Positions 7,996-15,996 of a DNA stretch of 33,041 nt are shown in pieces (position 1 is the stretch's first letter; every line of letters starts with the position of its first letter). This DNA comes from a virus. Taxonomy: Duplodnaviria > Caudoviricetes. Both the position numbers and the translations under genes were made by a program. Below the pieces are notes generated by a model. That model worked only from the letters and a program-made list of their open reading frames with translations, did no database searches and was not told the DNA's origin. Location: the IMG/VR virus record IMGVR_UViG_3300014613_000064, positions 1 through 33,041 of that record; one strand, 5' to 3'.

Positions 7996-8865
7996 TTATA
8001 TGGATAAATTTCTATGAATCCTCCACTTTGCTGTATTGTATTTATAATTGTTTTCCTTACACCAGGTTTTAAGTGATTTTATGGTAATTTCTACATCATT
8101 ATATATAAAAGTCCATATTTTAGCGTTTCCATTATTTTCTCCTGATTTCGCTTCACTCATCTTCCTTCTCGTTTCTCCTGATAGATTTTCTCGTTTACTA
8201 CACTCACTTAATTTCTTTTTATGTTCTTCTGAGAATTTCTTACCTCTCTTTATTTCACTCATTTTCCTTATGGTTTCCTTGGTATGTTTTCTACCATAAA
8301 GCGGATGATCTTTACCTAATATACCATACATTGGGTTATTTTTACCACTAAAATCGGCATGGTTTTCACTTATTTTCCTTTTGGTTTCCTCTGAATGTTT
8401 TTTACCGGTTGAATGTAATCTTAATTTTTTTTTAGTTTTTTCTGTATGGTGTTTTCCATACATTGGATTACCTCTACCTTTTTTTATCTTACTCATTTTC
8501 TTTCTTGTTTCGTTTGAGAATTTTTTACCATAATTAGGATTACTTTTACCAGTCATTACCTTACTAAATGCCTTCCTTGCCTTTTCAAATTGCCATGACG
8601 ATAAATTTCTTCCTTGTCCATTACCATTTAGCCTCATTATACCGAAAGCAAACAGCATTTTCCTTGTAATAATTTCATCCATAAACATCTTGGTAAGCAA
8701 CCAATGTGCTATAAAATGTTCCCTGGCCGTCAAATTAACCAAACTTTTATCTTTACTGCCCACACATTTTGGAATAATATGGTGTTTTTCATAATATTCA
8801 CCTTCAATTATCATCCGGTTCTTTCTGGAAGTAACCAAGTCCTTATAAATCTTCTTATAATTCAT
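7996..8865 (-). CDS. HNH homing endonuclease with multiple NUMOD3 repeats
   Basis: YYEKHHIIPKCVG...NLTAREHFIAHWLL; several NPMYGKHHT / KHSEETKRKIS motifs. Confidence 0.88.
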   Translation of the reverse strand: MNYKKIYKDLVTSRKNRMIIEGEYYEKHHIIPKCVGSKDKSLVNLTAREHFIAHWLLTKMFMDEIITRKMLFAFGIMRLNGNGQGRNLSSWQFEKARKAFSKVMTGKSNPNYGKKFSNETRKKMSKIKKGRGNPMYGKHHTEKTKKKLRLHSTGKKHSEETKRKISENHADFSGKNNPMYGILGKDHPLYGRKHTKETIRKMSEIKRGKKFSEEHKKKLSECSKRENLSGETRRKMSEAKSGENNGNAKIWTFIYNDVEITIKSLKTWCKENNYKYNTAKWRIHRNLSI

Positions 8866-8874
8866 AATTTTTCT

Positions 8875-8949
8875 CCTTAGTAGTTAATTATTAGGAGTTA
8901 GGTCAGAATAACTAAGGTATCTGACCAAGGTAGCTAACCCTGTCCTCCT
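8875..8949 (-). ncRNA. HNH-leader structured RNA motif, copy 4
   Basis: P1 AGGAG/CUCCU; P2 loop region UAGCUA; P3 GGUCAGA/UCUGACC; loop CCUUAGU complementary to ACUAAGG at the RBS. Confidence 0.82.
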
Positions 8950-8955
8950 TATTTG

Positions 8956-9285
8956 TTAAAGTCTTTTTATTAATTTTATATGGGTTTTCATAATTTCCAT
9001 CAATGTTTGTTCAATGGTATTTAGTCTATCATTGATTTTTTCCATCTCATTCAATTGTGGTTTTACTACCGATCCACTTTTTTTTGCTGCCATTCTTTTA
9101 TCCATTTCGGCAATCATGGCGGCATCTTCGGCACTAATTTCTGTTGGTTGAAATGGGTCCACTTTTTCCTTAATTGCTGTAGGTTGTTTTAGGCCATCTG
9201 GCGTTGGTTGTGGCATATGTGATCGTTTTCTATTTTCTGGATTTTGAAGCATCCGTTCATATGCGGACATTATTGCTTTTGACAT
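8956..9285 (-). CDS. hypothetical protein
   Basis: Start placed at ATG 9283-9285 with AAGGAG 5 nt upstream; coiled-coil-like C-terminus. Confidence 0.7.
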   Translation of the reverse strand: MSKAIMSAYERMLQNPENRKRSHMPQPTPDGLKQPTAIKEKVDPFQPTEISAEDAAMIAEMDKRMAAKKSGSVVKPQLNEMEKINDRLNTIEQTLMEIMKTHIKLIKRL

Positions 9286-9367
9286 TTTTACTCCTTTGTT
9301 ATTATCCAACCTTTGTAATTTTTAGTATTATATGGTATCGTAATGAACTTTTATTAAAGCCATTTTC

Positions 9368-10201
9368 TTAACCAAAAAAAATACCCATTCCCTCGAAACT
9401 TTCCTCAAGGCGTAAACTCTCCTCTAATCGTTCCTTTTCTTCTTTACCTTCACTTACAAGGCTATCTCCATCCATTGTTATTCCTACATTGCCTATTGAA
9501 TTAAAAGATGCGAATTTTCTCCTTATCATACCTAATTTTATTTTACAAAGAGCTACTGCATGGTCAAGTATCCAACCTTCTCCATAGAAATCTTCATTTG
9601 AGTCTCCTCGTATCCATGAATTACTTAAAGTACTTCCTTCTATCATATATGTTTGGATCATAACCCATCCAGGAGAATCAATAGTCTTATCGTTTCCATC
9701 CTCATCAGTATAAGTTATAGAGCCACCACTTGGAGGTGCTGGGTGCAATTCTAATTGGTTTGTGTATTTATGGTATTTCCAATTATATCTATCTACGGTA
9801 TATCTTTTTAATGTTTCAAGAAAATCTAATGATATATGGTAGGAAATAAGATTATATCCATCTCCACCTCCTTTAGTATTTAGTAAGCCATCAAACATTC
9901 CTTGGTTATATAAAAAATTGTCCAAGGTGAAAAGCGTATTTATACCTGTCCCTCCTGTATTTGTACTATAAGATAAAACATCAATGACACCTACAGGTAA
10001 ATCGTAAATATATTCACCAGCAGATATTAATTTGGTTAAAAAAACTTCTTGTGTGGCATTTCCTGCGGCCCATTTAATCCATTTGCTTCTGGAAGTATCA
10101 ATACTATCATGTATATTTTGTGGATCCAATTCTACTTTTATAACAGGATACCCAAGTTCTCTATATATTCTTTCTGTTAGTTCGGCTTTTGTCATTGACA
10201 T
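9368..10201 (-). CDS. gp13: neck / head-tail adaptor, T4 gp13-like
   Basis: ELTERIYRELGYPVIKVEL..NIHDSID; WILDHAVALCK..LG..RRKF..G.TMDG motifs. Confidence 0.9.
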   Translation of the reverse strand: MSMTKAELTERIYRELGYPVIKVELDPQNIHDSIDTSRSKWIKWAAGNATQEVFLTKLISAGEYIYDLPVGVIDVLSYSTNTGGTGINTLFTLDNFLYNQGMFDGLLNTKGGGDGYNLISYHISLDFLETLKRYTVDRYNWKYHKYTNQLELHPAPPSGGSITYTDEDGNDKTIDSPGWVMIQTYMIEGSTLSNSWIRGDSNEDFYGEGWILDHAVALCKIKLGMIRRKFASFNSIGNVGITMDGDSLVSEGKEEKERLEESLRLEESFEGMGIFFG

Positions 10202-10236
10202 TTACAAATACTCCTTTTAATCATATAATTTATACC

Positions 10237-10244
10237 TATTTATA
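10237..10244 (-). promoter_or_regulatory. T4-type late promoter TATAAATA upstream of gp13
   Basis: Exact consensus, intergenic, about 35 nt upstream of the start. Confidence 0.6.
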
Positions 10245-10289
10245 TTTATGCCTTGAAAAAGTTTTATGTTGAAAAATATAAAATTTTGG

Positions 10290-10303
10290 TATAAATATTT
10301 ATA
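10290..10303. promoter_or_regulatory. palindromic TATAAATATTTATA: overlapping late-promoter consensus on both strands
   Basis: Lies in the divergent intergenic region between gp13 (-) and the RHH/HNH pair (+). Confidence 0.5.
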
Positions 10304-10333
10304 GAAAAAGTAAAATAAAATATAGAGGAATAT

Positions 10334-10522
10334 ATGAAAATTTTAAAAGAGATAAGTGGTGCAGGCGATTCGTTATATAATATTAAGGTTTCCGATGAAA
10401 TAAAAGAAATGATTGCCTATCTTCGTTCCAAAAAGGTAAAACTACCAGCAATGTTACGGGATTATATTATTGAGGTTTATAAAACGGTTAAGGATGGAAG
10501 TGATGAAGATTTGTTGGGATAA
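10334..10522 (+). CDS. small putative ribbon-helix-helix DNA-binding protein
   Basis: GAGG RBS; LYNIKVSDEIKEMIAYL...LPAMLRDYIIEV strand-helix-helix pattern. Confidence 0.5.
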   Translation: MKILKEISGAGDSLYNIKVSDEIKEMIAYLRSKKVKLPAMLRDYIIEVYKTVKDGSDEDLLG

Positions 10523-11396
10523 TTTGGAAGGATTAAGGTATATAGGACAAGGTAGGTGGCGTAAAGGTTATAATATATATGTTTATAAAGAAGCATGTAG
10601 ATTATGCGGAGAACCCTTTATAGGTCAAAGAAAAAATGAGATTTGTACAAAATTTTGTGCCAATAAAGGTAAAAATAATCCACAATATGGAAGAAAAGGT
10701 AAAAAATCAGTAAGATATGGTATGATCCATTCAGAGGAAACTAAAAAAAGGATAAGTAGATCTAGAAAGGGTAAATGTTCGGGTGAAGATCATCCAATGT
10801 GGGGTAAACATCATACCGAAGAAACTAAAAAGAAATTGAGTGACGTTCTTTCAAATATATATAGTAAAAAGGATATTCCATTATATGATGTGTTTGTGTT
10901 GCAATTGGATTGGTGTGAACCTGTTAGAAGGAATCAAGAAGATCCAAATATATTGGAAATCAAATGTACTTGGTGTGGACGATGGTATATACCTACTGTA
11001 AATGCTGCACACCATAGATCACAATATTTAAAAGGTAATTATAATAGTGAAAGCCGTTTTTATTGTTCAGATGGATGTAAACAAAATTGTCCTATATATG
11101 GTAAAAGACCTGAAACTTTGATAAGAGAAGATGCGGTAAGAGCCGGACGGCATCCTTGGTGGGAATTAAACCGTGAGATCCAACCAGAATTAAGGAAAAT
11201 GGTATTCAAACGTGATGGGTGGGAATGTATAAAGTGTGGGTCTAATAAATCCCTCCATTGTCACCATTTAGAAGGTATAAGGTGGGCTCCTTTAGAAAGT
11301 GCGGATATAGACCAATGTATAACGGTTTGTAAGGAATGTCATAAAAAAATCCATAAGAAGGATGGTTGTGGTTATCATGAAATGGTTTGTAATTAA
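10503..11396 (+). CDS. MKICWDNLE-family Cys-rich HNH endonuclease with NUMOD3 motifs
   Basis: Start placed at ATG 10503 by paralogy; C-terminal RDGWECIKC...LHCHH...CITVCKECHKKIH HNH domain. Confidence 0.88.
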   Translation: MKICWDNLEGLRYIGQGRWRKGYNIYVYKEACRLCGEPFIGQRKNEICTKFCANKGKNNPQYGRKGKKSVRYGMIHSEETKKRISRSRKGKCSGEDHPMWGKHHTEETKKKLSDVLSNIYSKKDIPLYDVFVLQLDWCEPVRRNQEDPNILEIKCTWCGRWYIPTVNAAHHRSQYLKGNYNSESRFYCSDGCKQNCPIYGKRPETLIREDAVRAGRHPWWELNREIQPELRKMVFKRDGWECIKCGSNKSLHCHHLEGIRWAPLESADIDQCITVCKECHKKIHKKDGCGYHEMVCN

Positions 11397-12736
11397 TCAT
11401 ATAATTTACTATTATTTAGCCATTCCCAATTCTCAACATCGGCCTCGATATCGGACAATACGCCCCAAATGTCTCCATCATCTTTATCTTGGATAAACTC
11501 ATAATTTTCTTCCAATATGTTCATTTCTAAAAGATAAACTGCCCAGTATAATGCGGATACGGTATCATCTGGTTTATCTTTTCCAAAGAATTTTCCTTTT
11601 TCTTCTATAAAGGATGCTAATTCTTCTATTGTATATTTATCTTTAAGTTTTATGGATCCATCTTCTATAAGTTTTTTCATCAATAAAACTGCCCTTGGTT
11701 TTGATGTTCTGGTTGCCCTTATTCCAAGATCGGCATTTTTTGATCCGGTATTTACAAGATTTTCATTTTCATAATCCCACCATAATTTTTGTATAACAGC
11801 ACCACCTTCGCCATTGTTTTCACACATTATATGGGCATTATTATAATAGTAACATAATCTATTTAGTATTTCCGCAAACATATAAACATCGGTATTATTA
11901 TCTCTATAAATTCCTACTTGTTCCAACCTAATTGGTTTCATACTAACTAATTTCAATATTTGAGCCACGGAAAAATTTTCACCTGTTCCTTTTGCGGGAT
12001 CGGCTCCAATAATATAAGTGCATCCTTCCATAGGATTTTCCCATAACATTAATTTATCATGCATATCATATATTTTTGGTTCCTTTATTTTTGTAAGAAG
12101 GATTTTTAAGATCCTTGGACTAATAACTGTGTTGGTACTACCAAGGAAAGCACAAGAAAATTCCTGTGCAAATTTTTGAGTCCCAAGGTTTTTTAATTGT
12201 TCATCTGCCCATGCTTCATCTCTACCGGGCACTCTTTCCCAAGTTATTTTTTTATGTTTAAAAGTGTTTTGTCCAACTTCAGCTTGACTATATAGTCTAT
12301 GAAAAATATTGAACATTCCATTAGGTGTACTAATGATAATTACTTTGGCTTCTATTGAGGCTGAGATTGTAGGATAATTGGCTGCCCAAAATTCTTCGGC
12401 TTGGTTCCCAGGTACAAAAGCAAACTCATCACAATTGGATGTCTCCACTCCTTTGGAATTCATGGTATCTTTATTCCACACAAGAAAACTGTTTCTATAA
12501 TTCTTTACATTAATGATATCATAGGATTTATCTTTTCCAATATTCTTTCCGCCAATCTTACCAAGGTTTATTTTTTCATCATTTATGTAAACATTATGGT
12601 CTGCTGTGCCTATTATATCTCCATCTATTGTAGAAACCTTTATAAGATCCTTTTCTCCATTGTAACTTATACCATCAAAATTTTTCCAGCCTTCTGGTGT
12701 TAATATTTCATATTTATTATTCTTTATATAAGTCAT
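11393..12736 (-). CDS. gp17: terminase large subunit, fragment 3: split-intein C-part (aa 1-101), then Walker B to nuclease domain
   Basis: YEILTPEGW, GTADH, ...ETSN|CDEFAFVP; IISTPNG, FAQEFSCAFLGS, IIGADPAKG, ENNGEG, DDTVSAL. Confidence 0.92.
   Translation of the reverse strand: MTYIKNNKYEILTPEGWKNFDGISYNGEKDLIKVSTIDGDIIGTADHNVYINDEKINLGKIGGKNIGKDKSYDIINVKNYRNSFLVWNKDTMNSKGVETSNCDEFAFVPGNQAEEFWAANYPTISASIEAKVIIISTPNGMFNIFHRLYSQAEVGQNTFKHKKITWERVPGRDEAWADEQLKNLGTQKFAQEFSCAFLGSTNTVISPRILKILLTKIKEPKIYDMHDKLMLWENPMEGCTYIIGADPAKGTGENFSVAQILKLVSMKPIRLEQVGIYRDNNTDVYMFAEILNRLCYYYNNAHIMCENNGEGGAVIQKLWWDYENENLVNTGSKNADLGIRATRTSKPRAVLLMKKLIEDGSIKLKDKYTIEELASFIEEKGKFFGKDKPDDTVSALYWAVYLLEMNILEENYEFIQDKDDGDIWGVLSDIEADVENWEWLNNSKLYD
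12434..12736 (-). mobile_element. split intein 2, C-fragment (101 aa)
   Basis: Block B TADH, block F SYDIINV, terminal SN followed by Cys+1. Confidence 0.8.
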
Positions 12737-13629
12737 ATATCCTCACACCTCATATCATGGTAACCACATCCTGGTATTTTATGGATTTCCTTATGACAAT
12801 CTTTACAAACTGTAATACATTGGTCCACATCAGCAGATTCCAAAGGATTCCACCTAATACCTTCCAAATGGTGGCAATGTAAAGATAATTCACTCCCACA
12901 CTTAATACATTTATATTTATCCCTTTCAAACACCATTTTCCTGAGGTCTGGTTGGACCTCTCTAGAGAGTTCTAACCAGGATAATCTTCCAGCTTTTATG
13001 GTATCTTCTTTCATTAAAGTAGCCGGTGATTTATTGTAGACAGGACAGCATTTCTTGCATCCTTCGGAACAATATAACCTCCCCTCACCAGTTTTTCTAC
13101 CGTTTAATGCGCCTATTCTGTTATCAATAATTTTATTGGTAGGATTGAACCATTTACCACACCATGTACATTTGACTTGTAATAATTCTTTATTGTCTGG
13201 ATCCTCTCTGGTTTCTTCACAATATGATATTTTATTGACATAACTGTTATAATATGCATGTAAGTTCCTAAAAGTTATATTATATTGTTTTATATTATCT
13301 TTTCTTATTAAACCTGTTAAAGATTTTCCGGAATTTATTATAGAGAGTTGATGTTTTGTATAACCTGTTTCATCATCAATATTTTTTAGGCCTCCTTTTA
13401 TATTTTCAATCCTTTTAGTACAAATTTTTTGTTGTTTTGGATATTTTTCATCATAATCTTGCACTGTTATTCCAAGGACTTTTGTTATATAAGTGGATTT
13501 TATCATTGAGAGTCTTTCATTACTTATAGGACAAACAATATAGTCGTATCCTTCTATTAGTCCATCCTTATATAGGTGTTTGTTCCTACGTTTGTTCCTT
13601 TCTATAAATCTTTTTAGTTTCAAGTTCAT
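12733..13629 (-). CDS. free-standing Cys-rich HNH endonuclease between terminase fragments 2 and 3
   Basis: KCTWCGKWF, YCSEGCKKCCP, RDKYKCIKC...LHCHH...CITVCKDCHKEIH; stop overlaps the fragment 3 ATG (ATGA). Confidence 0.88.
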   Translation of the reverse strand: MNLKLKRFIERNKRRNKHLYKDGLIEGYDYIVCPISNERLSMIKSTYITKVLGITVQDYDEKYPKQQKICTKRIENIKGGLKNIDDETGYTKHQLSIINSGKSLTGLIRKDNIKQYNITFRNLHAYYNSYVNKISYCEETREDPDNKELLQVKCTWCGKWFNPTNKIIDNRIGALNGRKTGEGRLYCSEGCKKCCPVYNKSPATLMKEDTIKAGRLSWLELSREVQPDLRKMVFERDKYKCIKCGSELSLHCHHLEGIRWNPLESADVDQCITVCKDCHKEIHKIPGCGYHDMRCEDI

Positions 13630-13698
13630 AATTTCTCCTTGTAACTATTTTTAAAATCTCTAAAAAATTCATTTGTGGTATATTTTATATTTTCCAAA

Positions 13699-14421
13699 TT
13701 ATCCCAACATATTTTCATTTTCTAATTCCTTATACAAATTTTCTATGGATATAAATTTTATCTCACCTGTTATTTTATCCTTAACCTTAACCTCATTTTC
13801 TCCACCAAGGCAAATTAATAAGTTCATGCTTTCTCCACGGAAAGCATCAGGTGACGTGGCCGATATAATTATTTTAGTATCATTGTCAAAAACAACACCC
13901 GTTTTGGCATATTCTTTAACGCCTGGTTTCAACCATATAGGTAATGATTCCCACATATGTTTAATTCGCCCTAGAATCATTTTAGCACTAGATTCTTTAT
14001 TAGAAACAATACCTATAGATTTATTATTGTTAAATACTGCATACCAAAGTGCATATATACCAACACAGGTGGTATTATGGGATAATATATCATTGCTATA
14101 ATATTTTTTACCATCTACCTGTATATCATACATATTTTCTATTTTGTTTATATTTTCTATTGATGATGTTGGTATTGGGCCATTGATGGTATCTATATTT
14201 TGACCTATCTCCACATCTTTTACAAATATTTCCTCATCTTCTGAAAAGACAATATGGTCATCGGCACATTCTAAATATTTTCCATCTTCTAAGGATAGTT
14301 TATAAACATTGTAAGGTATAGTTTCACAAACTTTTTTTATATTTTTCCATCCTGTATCCGTTAATATTTCATAATCTTCCACATCATATATAGCTTCAAA
14401 TTTTCTTTTAGGTTGCTCCAT
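13699..14421 (-). CDS. gp17: terminase large subunit, fragment 2: intein-1 C-part (aa 1-116), ATPase segment (aa 117-203), intein-2 N-part (aa 204-240)
   Basis: ECADDH, MYDIQV..YYSNDILSHN|TT; ESLPIWLKPG, ATSPDAFRGESMNLLI|CLGGENEVKV. Confidence 0.92.
   Translation of the reverse strand: MEQPKRKFEAIYDVEDYEILTDTGWKNIKKVCETIPYNVYKLSLEDGKYLECADDHIVFSEDEEIFVKDVEIGQNIDTINGPIPTSSIENINKIENMYDIQVDGKKYYSNDILSHNTTCVGIYALWYAVFNNNKSIGIVSNKESSAKMILGRIKHMWESLPIWLKPGVKEYAKTGVVFDNDTKIIISATSPDAFRGESMNLLICLGGENEVKVKDKITGEIKFISIENLYKELENENMLG
13702..13812 (-). mobile_element. split intein 2, N-fragment (37 aa)
   Basis: CLGGENEVKVKDKITGEIKFISIENLY (block A) placed immediately before the Walker B residues. Confidence 0.82.
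14074..14421 (-). mobile_element. split intein 1, C-fragment (116 aa)
   Basis: Block B CADDH, block F MYDI, block G SHN, then Thr+1. Confidence 0.88.
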
Positions 14422-15496
14422 TTATAAACTCCATACATTCTCCTATGACTTTTTGAGGATCAGATTTGTAATCTTTTTCCCATATTACCAATACATCATA
14501 TCCTTTAGACTTGGCATAATCTATTTTTTTCTTATCTCTGCTCCATTTTTCTTTAGCAGTCATGTCTATTAATTCATGATAATAATCAGATGGATATATT
14601 TTAGGATTACAGTGCCAATAATCACCATTATATTCTATTAATTTTTTACCTCTGCCTAAATCAAATTTATATCCAGATATATCAATTTGTTTATTACATT
14701 TTAATAACTTCTGTAATTCTTTTTCAGGTTTTGAAATGTATATACTGTGATAATTTTTTGTTGTTTTGTTCCTATTGATTCTATTAATTTCTTCCTGTGG
14801 TTTGGATTTTAGTGTATTTTGCCATCCATCTTGTCTATCTTTCCAAACTTTCAATCCTTTTTCTTTGCCGTATTTTTCTATACATATTTCTTTGGAAAAG
14901 GTACATTGCCTTTGCTTCAATAACCAATCAGCTAAATCATAATTGGCTTGTGCTTCTTCAAGGTAATATTCTATCCTGGTATTATAGGTCCGATTTTCAT
15001 TTGCTTTCTTTATTACTTCTTGTCTTTTTTTTTCATCATAATATATAAAATTTTTACTAAATGGTGAATATTTTCCTCCATGATTGAAGGCAGGATTTTT
15101 TTCTCCTTCTAAACCTAATTTATCTAGATAGGATTGATGGAAGACATCAAGTTTTGATAGGTTGTATTTTTTCATATATTCTGGTATTGATAGATTATGT
15201 AATTTATTTACATGGGTCGTAAGATTTAAACTTTTCATACCACATATTTTACATGTTGGTATATCTTTTATATTTCCATATTTTTTCTCTTTAGAGTGAT
15301 TCAATTTACATATATTATTACAGAATTTTACATTAGGATGCATGTCTTCTAAAAGTTTTTCACAATATAGGCATTTAGGTAATTTTATTTCTCCAAATTT
15401 TATTTGATAATTCCTAAATGTTAAACTATGTTGTTTTTTAACATGAACTTTTAATGATAATTCGGTTAGTTCTTTATTACATATTTTACATTTCAT
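14408..15496 (-). CDS. free-standing Vsr-like (PD-(D/E)XK) homing endonuclease with N-terminal Zn-finger repeats
   Basis: SKPEKEL...FDL...LIEYNGDYWHCNP...RDKKK...GYDVLVIWEKD; CxxC..H..H repeats; lies between split-intein halves. Confidence 0.85.
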   Translation of the reverse strand: MKCKICNKELTELSLKVHVKKQHSLTFRNYQIKFGEIKLPKCLYCEKLLEDMHPNVKFCNNICKLNHSKEKKYGNIKDIPTCKICGMKSLNLTTHVNKLHNLSIPEYMKKYNLSKLDVFHQSYLDKLGLEGEKNPAFNHGGKYSPFSKNFIYYDEKKRQEVIKKANENRTYNTRIEYYLEEAQANYDLADWLLKQRQCTFSKEICIEKYGKEKGLKVWKDRQDGWQNTLKSKPQEEINRINRNKTTKNYHSIYISKPEKELQKLLKCNKQIDISGYKFDLGRGKKLIEYNGDYWHCNPKIYPSDYYHELIDMTAKEKWSRDKKKIDYAKSKGYDVLVIWEKDYKSDPQKVIGECMEFINGAT

Positions 15497-15529
15497 TTTT
15501 CATCCTCCAGTATTTTATTATTCATTATA

Positions 15530-15537
15530 TATTTATA
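15530..15537 (-). promoter_or_regulatory. T4-type late promoter TATAAATA
   Basis: Exact consensus upstream of the Vsr-like gene and terminase fragment 2. Confidence 0.55.
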
Positions 15538-15552
15538 CTAGAGACAGAAAAA

Positions 15553-15900
15553 TTACGTGTTGATTTTGAATTTATTAAAGAAATTTTCAATGGAAATGTT
15601 TTCCATTTTACCTGTTTTTTTATTTCGGATTTTTATTTTAGTATTTCCTCCAGAACACTTACCTACTTGCCGCGCACATAAGGATATACAAAACCTATTA
15701 TTTAAAAAATCATTAAATAATTCTAATTGAAAATCATATGGTTCATAAGGAATTTCACCTCTATCAGGATTTATTATTTTTACATATTTTATAAAATGGT
15801 ATAGGTCTTGTTGGCATTTTTGTAGTTCTATTATTTGTTCCTCTGTGTATTCTAATTCTTCTCTTGGACGTTTTACATATTGGTCGTATTTAATTGGCAT
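15553..15900 (-). CDS. gp17: terminase large subunit, fragment 1: N-terminus to Walker A, then intein-1 N-part (34 aa)
   Basis: Start at ATG 15898-15900 (GGAG RBS); KCQQDLYHFIKYVKI, PYDFQ adenine-binding motif, ARQVGK|CSGGNTKIKI. Confidence 0.92.
   Translation of the reverse strand: MPIKYDQYVKRPREELEYTEEQIIELQKCQQDLYHFIKYVKIINPDRGEIPYEPYDFQLELFNDFLNNRFCISLCARQVGKCSGGNTKIKIRNKKTGKMENISIENFFNKFKINT
15556..15657 (-). mobile_element. split intein 1, N-fragment (34 aa)
   Basis: CSGGNTKIKIRNKKTGKMENISIENFF directly after Walker A GK, then stop. Confidence 0.85.
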
Positions 15901-15940
15901 TTCAACTTCTCCATTAATAATTATTTCATGCGGGAAACCT

Positions 15941-15976
15941 AAAAAACCCACTACACATATTTATGTAGTGGGTTTT
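15941..15976 (-). terminator. intrinsic terminator after spoVR, with CATAAATA across its loop
   Basis: 13-bp inverted repeat aaaacccactaca/tgtagtgggtttt with an 8-nt loop; ends in a U6 run on the minus strand. Confidence 0.75.
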
Positions 15977-15996
15977 ATTTTGTAAATTTATTCTTT

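Larger units (their letters stand above)
7909..8995. repeat. 33-nt exact direct repeat (7909-7941 and 8963-8995) flanking the RNA+HNH cassette
   Basis: ctttttattaattttatatgggttttcataatt at both positions. Confidence 0.85.

Noticed and set aside
3846-8958. Stop-codon read-through pseudoknot fusing upstream proteins to HNH
   Set aside because: Copy 2 is out of frame with its HNH gene, and copy 4 is in frame but has a TAA in the linker
12733-15552. Group I introns interrupting the terminase
   Set aside because: Non-coding gaps are only about 55-70 nt or overlapping, too short for an intron core. Intein motifs at all four junctions explain the split.
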